NCBI GenBank assembly: GCA_963696385.1
Contig: CAVOKF010000008.1
Span: 544,001 to 608,000 of the forward strand
DNA: 64,000 nt
Direction: 5' to 3'
DNA from: an uncultured delta proteobacterium
Lineage (GTDB): Bacteria; Myxococcota_A; Polyangia; Polyangiales; Polyangiaceae
Part shown: one piece after another, positions 19,984 to 30,079 of the stretch
Layout: each line of letters begins with the position of its first letter
Position numbering within the stretch: the first letter of the stretch is position 1
Position numbers and translations under genes: made by a program
The notes under the pieces: model-generated
Told to the model about the DNA's origin: nothing
The model's database searches: none
Seen by the model: only the letters and a program-made list of their open reading frames with translations

Positions 19984-20340
19984 TCAGGGCGCTTCGGCCG
20001 TTTGGAGCGCGATGTCGAGTGTGTGCAGGTCTTCGACCGATAGGGCCCCCGGATGCCCGGCTTCGATGGCCTTCGCCTCGCGCAGCCACATCACCGACGG
20101 CGCTCGATCGCCGAGCGCCGCGAGGGTCAGTCCGCGATACAGGGCGTACTCGGCGCGCTTCGGGTCATCCCAACGGGAGGCGTCGGGCTCGAGCCACGCA
20201 AACGTCTGCTTGGCCTCCCGATACCGTCCTCTGTGGAACTGGTCCTCGCCTTCGGACAAGGCCCCCGCGCACGCCGCTGGACCCAAGAGCAGAGCCAAGG
20301 CGCAGAGCGTGGCCCATCGATCGCCGGCTGCCGTCCCCAT
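19984..20340 (-). CDS. Small lipoprotein with TPR-like helices
   Basis: LLLGPAAC signal; YALYRGLTLAALGD. Confidence 0.7.
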   Translation of the reverse strand: MGTAAGDRWATLCALALLLGPAACAGALSEGEDQFHRGRYREAKQTFAWLEPDASRWDDPKRAEYALYRGLTLAALGDRAPSVMWLREAKAIEAGHPGALSVEDLHTLDIALQTAEAP

Positions 20341-20552
20341 CTTGACCCCCAACGTCCGGGCGCCCTCGGGCTAGTGCGCAGAACCGGTGGACGGAGCGAG
20401 GATTTCAAGGCTCTGGGCCTCTCGCAAGGCGCGACAACGAGCGATGCTGCAGCCGGGTGAGGACAAGCCACGCCGGCAGAGGCGGGAAAGCCACGGAAAG
20501 CCAAAGGCAGCCACCATGTTCGATACTCTAGGGTACCGCCGGAGCGTTCCGG

Positions 20553-22370
<1,818 letters not shown>

Positions 22371-22482
22371 ACTCTTTGCCTAGCACACATTCCGGCCCCG
22401 CGCCGCGGCCACCCGGGTCGCCGGGCACACAGCCAAGGTTGTGTTCGATGCCCCGCACGCGTAAGGAGACTGTCGGCGAGCG

Positions 22483-23511
22483 ATGGACCAGCTGTCCTTG
22501 TTCCCGGGTGGGGCGGAGCGACACGAGGCGCCGATCGCGGCGCTCGGGGTCGACCAAGCGCGGCCCGAAGCACCCGGGGTCGATGCCCACCCGTCGCAGA
22601 TCGGGCTCTTCGATGCGCGCGTGCGCGAGCTTCGAGCCGTCCGCCAGGCCATCGCCTCGGGCGAGCTCGGTGAAGCCCTGGATCGACTCCGGTCCATCGA
22701 GGCCGGATCGGACTTCGATCCGAGCGCCATGCAGAAGAAGATCGCGAGGATCTCGGCCCAGATCTCGGACGCGAGCCGATGGACTCGCCCGGAGTCGGCC
22801 GCGGCGACCGCCGCACTCGGCCGCCGGATCGCCGCGGATGGGGAGCCTTGGTCGAGCCTTGGCCGACGGCTGCTGGTCCGCGCGGCCGCCTCGGTCGAGG
22901 ACGACCTAAGCCCCCTTGCCGGTCGGCTTTATCAGGAGGCCGGGGATCTGGAACGCGCGCGATCCGTGCTCGCTTCTGCGCTCGAGCGCCACGCCACGGC
23001 GAGCCTGCTCTTTGCCCTGGGCGACGTCGAGACGCTGCGCGGCAATCGCACGGCGGCTCGTCGATGCTACCGCGATGCCTTGCTGCTCGACCCCTTCGAC
23101 GCGGCATTCGAGAATGTGATCGATGACGAGGTTCGTGCGCTGCCCCAGGTGGCCGAGGGGGACGTCGAGATCGAGAGCGAGCCGCGCGCGTGGGCCGCGG
23201 CGGTCGGGATCGTCGCCGGAGTGCTGGCCTCGCCGGGCCAGGCCGACTTGACGTCACCCGAGCCGGATCCGATCCCCACCGCCGCGTTCGATGCGCTCGT
23301 ACGCATGAGGAATTTCGTCCGGGCGCTCGGGCTCACCGCGGCGCCCGACGGACCGCCTCGGCCGAACGCCCTCATCGAAGCTCGGCGGGCGATGAAGCAG
23401 GCGTCGCCTGCGCTTTTCGCTTGGTACATGGCTCGGCGCACGGGCTCCGAACGAGGCCCGAGCCTCGCACCCCGATTTCGCTCGGCACCCAGCGGATCCG
23501 GCGGCGGCTGA
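22483..23511 (+). CDS. TPR-like hypothetical protein with N-terminal QLSLF motif
   Basis: MDQLSLF...QIGLFD; TPR-like AGRLYQEAGDLERAR and LGDVETLRGNRTAARRCYRDALLLDP. Confidence 0.7.
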   Translation: MDQLSLFPGGAERHEAPIAALGVDQARPEAPGVDAHPSQIGLFDARVRELRAVRQAIASGELGEALDRLRSIEAGSDFDPSAMQKKIARISAQISDASRWTRPESAAATAALGRRIAADGEPWSSLGRRLLVRAAASVEDDLSPLAGRLYQEAGDLERARSVLASALERHATASLLFALGDVETLRGNRTAARRCYRDALLLDPFDAAFENVIDDEVRALPQVAEGDVEIESEPRAWAAAVGIVAGVLASPGQADLTSPEPDPIPTAAFDALVRMRNFVRALGLTAAPDGPPRPNALIEARRAMKQASPALFAWYMARRTGSERGPSLAPRFRSAPSGSGGG

Positions 23512-23601
23512 GCTCAGACGGCGGTGCGCTGGCCCCGGGCTTGCCGCTCGGCGCCGCGACGGATGCTCGCTGCCTTCGGCGCGGCACGATAGGATCCACG
23601 C

Positions 23602-23964
23602 GTGAGCGTGCGACCCGAAGAACTGGCCGACGCCATGGTCCGGCGCGCACGCGCAGAGCGGCAACGCCACTGCGAGCGCGCCGTTCGCCTACGCACTCAG
23701 CTACGGAGCGCGATCCAGGCTTTGCGCGTCGCCGGGACGGTCGACGCTGCTTGGCTCATCGGATCGCTCGCGTGGGGCGGCTTTGGCCACCGATCCGATG
23801 TCGACGTGGTCGTGCGCGGCGCCGACCCGGCGCGCATCGGTGCGCTGGGCGGAACCCTGAGCGACGCGCTCGACATCGACGTCGACGTTTTGCGCCTCGA
23901 GGATCTGGCCCCGGCGTTCCGGGATCGGGTTCTGGCCGAGGGACTGAGGCTCGATGGGGCCTGA
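23602..23964 (+). CDS. Minimal nucleotidyltransferase (MNT/MntA-like antitoxin)
   Basis: LIGSLAWG...SDVDV (GS-x10-DxD), IDVDV. Confidence 0.85.
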   Translation: MSVRPEELADAMVRRARAERQRHCERAVRLRTQLRSAIQALRVAGTVDAAWLIGSLAWGGFGHRSDVDVVVRGADPARIGALGGTLSDALDIDVDVLRLEDLAPAFRDRVLAEGLRLDGA

Positions 23965-24460
23965 GCGGGCAGGCGCGACCGCGGCGATCGCCCGCCTTCG
24001 GGGCGAAGTGGCCGACGACCGCGCCGCCATGACGCGCCGTGCGAGCGACCTTCGGGAGGCCGGCCGGCGGCTCGAGCTGGACCCTACCGACCCCGCCGCC
24101 ATGGCACTCCAAGCGTGGGCGATCCACGGGTGGTACACAGCGCTCGAATCGATCCTCGAGCGCATCGCTCGGCAGATCGATGGCGATCTGCCCACCGGCG
24201 ACCGCTGGCACCGCGCGCTGCTCGCGCAAGCGGCCGTGGCTGTGCCGGGGTTGCGCCCGGCCATCCTCAGCGGCGCCGTCCGCGCCGAGCTCGAGGAACT
24301 GCGCGCAACGCGCCATTTTCTTCGTCACGCGTACGGCGCTGAGCTGGATGGGGCTCGCCTCGCCGCTCAGGGCAAACGGCTACAAAGTGTGGCGCCCGCG
24401 GTGGAACAGGCGCTCGACACGTTCGATCGCTTTCTCGAGGCGGCGGGCCAGGCGACTTAG
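23954..24460 (+). CDS. HEPN ribonuclease (HepT-like toxin)
   Basis: YTALESILERIA, PTGDRWHRALL, RHFLRHAY (RX4HXY); overlaps the MNT gene. Confidence 0.85.
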   Translation: MGPERAGATAAIARLRGEVADDRAAMTRRASDLREAGRRLELDPTDPAAMALQAWAIHGWYTALESILERIARQIDGDLPTGDRWHRALLAQAAVAVPGLRPAILSGAVRAELEELRATRHFLRHAYGAELDGARLAAQGKRLQSVAPAVEQALDTFDRFLEAAGQAT

Positions 24461-24492
24461 CGCCGAGATCCGCTGCGATCCGCGCTGCCTGT

Positions 24493-24633
24493 TTACGCCG
24501 GGATCGCGGCGCTACTCGCTGGCTGCTCTTCGCGGTCGACGTCGACCGGCGACGTGGGCTCATCGTCCGCCTGGTACGCGCCGATCTCTGCGTCCATCTT
24601 GATTTCGACGAATGTCGGGGCCGTCCACTCCAT
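24493..24633 (-). CDS. pqqA: PqqA-like precursor peptide (46 aa), orphan
   Basis: Not in ORF track. AGGAG RBS 6 nt before ATG; MEWTAPTFVEIKMDAEIGAYQADDEPTSPVDVDREEQPASSAAIPA; W-x-x-P-x-F leader plus E-x-x-x-Y core. Confidence 0.8.
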   Translation of the reverse strand: MEWTAPTFVEIKMDAEIGAYQADDEPTSPVDVDREEQPASSAAIPA

Positions 24634-24741
24634 GGCACGCTCCTAGGACCCGAAGGGGTAACCGGGTCGGACCCGTATCTTGGGCGGCTTCGGCGCCGAT
24701 GGCAACCCCGCCGCGGGATCGCCGCGAGAACGCCGCGGCTC

Positions 24742-24807
24742 CTTCTTGACGCGATCGAGGTAGTCCTATGTGCGCGTCGCTACTTATTGACGCGCTCGAG
24801 GTAGTCC
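24742..24807. repeat. Imperfect direct repeat duplicating the efp 3' end
   Basis: cttcttgacgcgatcgaggtagtcc (24742-24766) vs cttattgacgcgctcgaggtagtcc (24783-24807), 23/25 identical. Confidence 0.75.
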
Positions 24808-25340
24808 CCCGTGCGCGTATCGACCTTGACCCACTCGCCCTCCTTAATGAAGAGCGGGACGTTGATGGTCGCTCCCGTGGACACTTTGGCGGGCTTGGTG
24901 GCACCGCTCGCCGTGTCGCCCTTGACCCCGGGCTCGCTCTCGGAGACTTGCAGGACGACGCTCGGCGGCAATTCGATGCCGATGGGGTTGCCATTGTAGA
25001 TCGTGACTTCGCAGTCGAGCCCCTCGCTGACGAAGCGCACTTCGTCGCCGACGGCTTCCTTCATCACGTGGATTTGGTCGCCGGTGTTCGTGTCCATGAA
25101 CACGAGGCTGTCGCCCTCGTGCCAGGAGAAGGTCATTTTGCGCGTCTCGACGTCGGCCACTTCGACCGACTCACCCGACTTCCAGGTGCGTTCGATCACG
25201 GCACCCGTCTGCAGGTTCTTGATGCGGGCACGCGTGAAGGCTTGCCCTTTGCCCGGTTTGACGAACTGATGCTCGACGACGGCATACGGCACGCCATCGA
25301 TCTGGAGCTTGAGTCCTTTGCGGATGTCGGTCGTCTGCAT
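24780..25340 (-). CDS. efp: Elongation factor P
   Basis: KPGKGQAF, PGVKGDTASGATKPA, VPLFIKEGE, DTRTGDYLER. Confidence 0.97.
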   Translation of the reverse strand: MQTTDIRKGLKLQIDGVPYAVVEHQFVKPGKGQAFTRARIKNLQTGAVIERTWKSGESVEVADVETRKMTFSWHEGDSLVFMDTNTGDQIHVMKEAVGDEVRFVSEGLDCEVTIYNGNPIGIELPPSVVLQVSESEPGVKGDTASGATKPAKVSTGATINVPLFIKEGEWVKVDTRTGDYLERVNK

Positions 25341-26326
25341 GGCCCGCTTTCCGTGAAAGGCCCAGCTAGCACGCGCTCGTACCGCGCAGCAACCGGCGCT
25401 TTCCGAAAGAACGCGATCAGAGCGAGCCAAGCGCAAGCGACAAGCGGCGCGATCAGAGACAGGGATCGGGGGGAGGTCAGGGACGCTGTCAGAGTCGGGG
25501 TCGCGGTCGAGGTCGGGGTCGAGGCCGTGGTTATCGCGATTGGGGTCGGGGTTGTCCGGGTCGCGGTCGCGGCCCCCGGCGCCATGAGCGTCGACAGGGG
25601 CCCTAAGAGCCGGTCGCGATCGACGGCGCCGGCGATGCCCGCCACTTCGCCTCGCCACGAGTACTGCCACACCGCTGCCGCCGCCCACGGTTCGGGAACG
25701 TAGAAGCAGACTTGAGAAGTCGGATTCGCAAGAAATAGCGGGAAGCCGCCGAGGCCCGTCGTGTCGATGGCGTTTGCCTCGAAGTAGCTGCCGAAGGTGT
25801 ACACGATCGGCGTTCGGCCGGTCGCCTGGGCGACGGTTCTGAGAAAATCGCGCATGCGCCTGGCGATGTCGGCGGCGGACGCCGCGCCGGACCCACCCGG
25901 ATACAAGCAGTCGGCATCGCCGTCAGGGCACTCGATGTCGAGTATGGGGGATAGATCGCGCGGGCCGAGCGGCCCCACGACAGAGAGAAAGCGTTGCGCC
26001 TGGGCGACCCCGTCCTGCGTGGAATCGAAAAAGTGATACGCGCCCCGAACGACACCCGCCCGCTCGGCCTGCCCCCAGTTGGCCGCAAAGCTCGCTTGGG
26101 TGTCGTAGGTGCCCTGCGTCGCCTTGATGATCGCGAACGTGACGCCTGCGGCGGCGACGGCGCGCCAGTCGATGGGCCCCTGGCCGTCGAAGACGTCGAT
26201 GCCTTCGACCCCGGCTGCCGTGCACTGCAGCAGCGGCGTGGTGGCCGATCCGGTCGGGGCTCGCCGCCGGATGCCCCCGCACGCCAAGACCAGCACGATG
26301 CCGAGCACCCAGACCCGCTTGCGCAT
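25196..26326 (-). CDS. GH25 muramidase (lysozyme), probably secreted; true C-terminus uncertain
   Basis: GIDV, IKATQG, GAYHFF, LDIE, VWQYS, VDRD; N-terminal VLVLAC. The frame runs through a TP repeat and overlaps efp by 145 nt. Confidence 0.85.
   Translation of the reverse strand: MRKRVWVLGIVLVLACGGIRRRAPTGSATTPLLQCTAAGVEGIDVFDGQGPIDWRAVAAAGVTFAIIKATQGTYDTQASFAANWGQAERAGVVRGAYHFFDSTQDGVAQAQRFLSVVGPLGPRDLSPILDIECPDGDADCLYPGGSGAASAADIARRMRDFLRTVAQATGRTPIVYTFGSYFEANAIDTTGLGGFPLFLANPTSQVCFYVPEPWAAAAVWQYSWRGEVAGIAGAVDRDRLLGPLSTLMAPGAATATRTTPTPIAITTASTPTSTATPTLTASLTSPRSLSLIAPLVACAWLALIAFFRKAPVAARYERVLAGPFTESGPCRRPTSAKDSSSRSMACRMPSSSISSSNRAKGKPSRVPASRTCRRVP
25494..25572. repeat. Degenerate GGTCGG/GGTCGC hexamer tract
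   Basis: Same 6-bp periodic family as 4626-4791. Confidence 0.75.
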
Positions 26327-26417
26327 GCCCTCCGGTTCGGCCGCCCCGGCGACTTTGTTGCGAGCCTCGCGGTTGCCGCTTGCGAGCGGGCGCGACCGCG
26401 GCGTAGAGCGTGGGGCG

Positions 26418-27278
26418 ATGCATGAAATCGACGACGAGCTCCGCGAGATCAAACGCGAAATCATCGAGTCGCGCGGGCTCGTCATCAAAACGAACAATCT
26501 GGCGAACGCGCTCAGCGCCGACATCAAGTCGATCGCCAAGCGCCAGCAAGGCTACGAACGGCGCCTCGGGTGGAACAGCGCGACGGCGTACATCGTCTTC
26601 GTCGTCGTCGTCTTCGCCGCACTCAAGTTCGCGGTCGACGCGCGCGTCGATGCGATCGAGGCGACGAGCAAGCACCTGCGCGACGAAAATGGACGGCTGA
26701 GCTCGGACTTCGGGGCGCTGCGCCAGCGAGAAGCGGAACGGCAGGCCGCCGAGATCGAAGCGGCGAAGTTTTACGACCTCGCCAAACAAGGCAAGCGCCC
26801 GGAGCTCATCCGGGGATGGGAGACGATGCGATCGAAGCCACTGAGCAAGGCGGAGGCGCAGTTTCTGGCGGACGCCGTGGACAAGGCCAAAAACGAGCAG
26901 GCCGCTTTGCTGTACGTGCAAGGCTTGGACAGCGAGCACCTGCAGCGCTGGCAGGAAGCGGCCACCGCGTTCGAGGAATCGCTGCGCTACTCCGATACCA
27001 GTGCCGTGGCGCCTCAAGCGAAGCTGCGGCTCGGCAACGCGTACCGCAAACTTCACAGGCAGAAGGACGCGATTCCGCTGCTCGAGCAGCTCGCCGACTC
27101 GACCACCGACCGCGACGCCCAGGACGACGCGCTCGAGATCCTCGCGTGGTGCCAAACAGAAATCGAGTCGTACGACGACGCCAAGAACACCTGGCGGACG
27201 CTCTTACGGCGATTTCCCGACTCTCACTTTGGCCCCGAGGCGAAGCTCGCGCTCCAGACGCTCATGATCAATCACTAG
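26418..27278 (+). CDS. Membrane-anchored coiled-coil/TPR protein (CpoB/YbgF- or BamD-like C-terminus)
   Basis: Coiled N-terminus, one TM (AYIVFVVVVFAAL), TPRs ending LLRRFPDSHFGPEA. Confidence 0.8.
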   Translation: MHEIDDELREIKREIIESRGLVIKTNNLANALSADIKSIAKRQQGYERRLGWNSATAYIVFVVVVFAALKFAVDARVDAIEATSKHLRDENGRLSSDFGALRQREAERQAAEIEAAKFYDLAKQGKRPELIRGWETMRSKPLSKAEAQFLADAVDKAKNEQAALLYVQGLDSEHLQRWQEAATAFEESLRYSDTSAVAPQAKLRLGNAYRKLHRQKDAIPLLEQLADSTTDRDAQDDALEILAWCQTEIESYDDAKNTWRTLLRRFPDSHFGPEAKLALQTLMINH

Positions 27279-27293
27279 CTCAGGGGCGACGGC

Positions 27294-27566
27294 GTGGGAG
27301 TAGAGAGAGCACCGGGCCGCCGGCCCCCTATCGACAGGTTGCATGCTAGATTCGACGGGGTGCTTCGCCCCGATCTGAACCAGGACGAATGCCGATGGGT
27401 CGAGGCGAACGAAGCCCTGTGGCGACGCGCACACGACATCGTGCGGAAGAATCCGGGGCTCGACGTCGGCGACGTGTACCACGTGCTCGCCACGCTCCAC
27501 GAGACACCGACGCAGCGAGTTCGTCGTTCCCTCGCCCATGGCCGACTCCGCTCTCGCTCCGGCTGA
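27294..27566 (+). CDS. Small hypothetical protein, putative partner of the downstream nucleotidyltransferase
   Basis: Overlaps the next gene; TPTQRVR C-terminus. Start uncertain. Confidence 0.55.
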   Translation: MGVERAPGRRPPIDRLHARFDGVLRPDLNQDECRWVEANEALWRRAHDIVRKNPGLDVGDVYHVLATLHETPTQRVRRSLAHGRLRSRSG

Positions 27567-28017
27567 GCGCGCGTTGCTTGCGGCGCTGGTCGATCTCGGC
27601 GTCCAGTTCATGGTCGTCGGCGTCACGGCTGCGTCCATGCAAGGCGCGCGAGTCGCGACGGACGACATCGACCTGTGGTTTTCCAAATTGGACGATCCGA
27701 GGCTCGGGGAGGCGGCACGCCGCGCAGGGGGCCTTTGGGTAAGCGCGCACTTCGGCATGCAGCCGCCGACTTTTGGCGGAGCCCTCGGCGACCGCTTCGA
27801 TGTCGTCCTTTCGATGAGCGGCCTCGGCAGCTTCGAAGAGGAGTATCGGGCGGCCAGATCCATGGAGATAGACGGAGTCTGCGTTCGGGTGCTGCCGCTA
27901 CGACGAATCATCGCGTCCAAACGCGCCGCGGACCGGCCGAAGGACCGTGCAGCCCTGCCGGCGCTCGAGGCGGCGCTGTCGGTCATCGAAGACGAAGACG
28001 ATCGCGGATGCGGTTAG
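27538..28017 (+). CDS. Nucleotidyltransferase (AbiEii-like superfamily)
   Basis: FMVVGVTAASMQGARVATDDIDL; IIASKRAADRPKD. Confidence 0.8.
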   Translation: MADSALAPAERALLAALVDLGVQFMVVGVTAASMQGARVATDDIDLWFSKLDDPRLGEAARRAGGLWVSAHFGMQPPTFGGALGDRFDVVLSMSGLGSFEEEYRAARSMEIDGVCVRVLPLRRIIASKRAADRPKDRAALPALEAALSVIEDEDDRGCG

Positions 28018-28173
28018 CCTGAGGCTCCCGCCGTGTGGGCGGTCGCGTCACTCCCGCTCGAAGTGCCGCGCGATTCGAACATGCTGGAAGTGTACTCGCA
28101 AGCGACTCTCCGCCGGAGTTAGGAGTCCGCGACGGCCTGACGCCACACGCTCCGGAATGGCGTCGGCTGCACT

Positions 28174-29115
28174 TCAGACGGGCGCCCCTGCCGCCCACTT
28201 GCGCCAGGCGCCACCCTCATGGCGCGGGGCGAAGGCATCGGGATGCAGGATTTCCGCCAGGATCATCGCCGTGTCCAAGACGCTTGGACCCGATCGGTTG
28301 AAGTAGCGGTTGCCGTCGGCGACGAACACGCGATCGGTCCGCACGGCGCGCAGATCGTGCCAGCCCGGACGTTCGGCAAAGAGCGGCATCTCCGCCGTCG
28401 TGCGATCGAGGCCGAAGCCGCATGGCGCGACAACGAGCACCTCGGGGTCCGCCCGGCGCACGTCCTGCCAGGGGATCGCCTTCGAATGCTCGCCCGGGGA
28501 TCCGAGCAGGTGGGTCCCGCCCGCCCAGTCGACCAGCTCCGGTCCCCAGTTTCCCATCGCAAAGATGGGGTCGATCCACTCCAAACAGACGACCGACGGT
28601 CGCCGGAGCGCGCGCGTGGTCTCGGCGAGAGCGGCGAGTCGGCTGCGGACGCAATCCACCAGCGACTCACCGGCCGAGGCCAAGTCGAGCACGCGGGCCA
28701 CGGTGACGAACCCATCGAGGATCGCCTCGAGCGATCCGGTATGGAGGGCCACGACCTGTTTTCTCAGCAGCTCGGCCGCCATCGCCCCATGAGCCAAATC
28801 CGCGGGGCTGACCGCACACACCTCGCAGTGGGTCTGCGTGATGAGCACGTCCGGCCTGAGCGCTGCGATGGCTGCTTCGTCCACCTCGTAGAGAGGCTGA
28901 CCGGCGTGAAGCCGCGTGCGCACACGCTCGTCGATGTCGCGGCTCGATCCGCTGACGTCGAACGTGGGGCGACTGACGGTCGGCAATCGCGTGACCCAGC
29001 TCGGCCAGTCGCACTCGTGCGACCGGGCGACCAATCGGTCCCCCGCGCCGAGCGCGCAGACCAGTTCGGTGCCACTGGCCAGGAGAGAAACGACGCGCGT
29101 GGGTGGGTGGTTCAT
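28174..29115 (-). CDS. BtuF/cobalamin-binding-like substrate-binding protein
   Basis: RVVSLLASGTELVCALG, SHECDWP, TQTHCEVCAV, EWIDP, PCGF, FNRSGP; no obvious signal peptide. Confidence 0.88.
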   Translation of the reverse strand: MNHPPTRVVSLLASGTELVCALGAGDRLVARSHECDWPSWVTRLPTVSRPTFDVSGSSRDIDERVRTRLHAGQPLYEVDEAAIAALRPDVLITQTHCEVCAVSPADLAHGAMAAELLRKQVVALHTGSLEAILDGFVTVARVLDLASAGESLVDCVRSRLAALAETTRALRRPSVVCLEWIDPIFAMGNWGPELVDWAGGTHLLGSPGEHSKAIPWQDVRRADPEVLVVAPCGFGLDRTTAEMPLFAERPGWHDLRAVRTDRVFVADGNRYFNRSGPSVLDTAMILAEILHPDAFAPRHEGGAWRKWAAGAPV

Positions 29116-29374
29116 GCGAGAGGCTCGGGCGTCCTTTTTCGAACGACGGAATCGAGGCACGACGTCCCCGTCGAGCCCGCCTTGCGGCAGGCCTCCTGTC
29201 CACCCTACCGCGGGGCGCCACCGAAGCGAATGAGTCCGACAAGACTCCCACGGCCACGCGCGCACTCGGATCGCGCCCGAGCCCTCGGAAACAAAAGTCG
29301 CCGCGCGCCGATTCGGAGGAGATCCGAGAGGCAAAGCCTTGGCGCGGGCGGCCGAACGGCGTCATTGTTCGGCC

Positions 29375-29941
29375 ATGGCCAGCGTGCCGGCAGAGAAGCG
29401 GCGAAGCGTCTACGAGGCGTTTCTCGCGGTACCGAAGCACCTCGTCGCGGAGATCATCGGCGGGCAACTCCGGACCCATCCGCGGCCGGCGACGCCTCAC
29501 GCGCGCGCTTCGACGCGACTCGGGATCCAGCTCGGCGGGCCGTTCGATCTCGGCGAAGGCGGCCCCGGCGGCTGGGTCGTGCTCGACGAGCCTGAACTGC
29601 ACCTGCTCGGAGCCATTCTCGTGCCGGACCTGGCGGCATGGCGTCGCCAGCGCATGCCGGAGATGCCCGACGCCGCGTTTCTCGACAGTGCGCCCGATTG
29701 GGTCTGCGAGGTGCTCTCGCCGTCGACGGAGGCGGAGGACCGGGCCGACAAGATGCCCGTCTACGCAGGCGCGGGTGTCCGCCACGCGTGGTTCGTCGAT
29801 CCGATCGCGCACACGCTCGAAGCGTTCGCGCTCGAAGGCGACGCCTGGCGCGTGCTCGGCTCCTGGCGCGGCGACGCGCGCGTGCGCGTCGAGCCTTTCG
29901 ACGCGATGGAGCTCGAGTTATCCTCGCTTTGGGCGCGGTGA
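29375..29941 (+). CDS. Uma2 family (PD-D/ExK) endonuclease
   Basis: AEIIGG, GGPGGWVVLDEPEL, VPDLAAWR, APDWVCEVLSPST, DKMPVYA, WFVDP. Confidence 0.92.
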   Translation: MASVPAEKRRSVYEAFLAVPKHLVAEIIGGQLRTHPRPATPHARASTRLGIQLGGPFDLGEGGPGGWVVLDEPELHLLGAILVPDLAAWRRQRMPEMPDAAFLDSAPDWVCEVLSPSTEAEDRADKMPVYAGAGVRHAWFVDPIAHTLEAFALEGDAWRVLGSWRGDARVRVEPFDAMELELSSLWAR

Positions 29942-30079
29942 TGTAGGCGTCGACCGCAGCGTCAGCGCGCGAAAGGCCACCCAGCATGAAAGGGAGCACC
30001 GGGCCGATGCGCTTGGTCCCCTCGACGCCCGGTGAACGCGGCCCCGACGCGATCGAGAGAGCCCCCTCGGGCCTCACGT

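Noticed and set aside
22433..22448. Second LexA box upstream of the QLSLF protein
   Set aside because: Little beyond the GTTC core matches; about six mismatches to the consensus.
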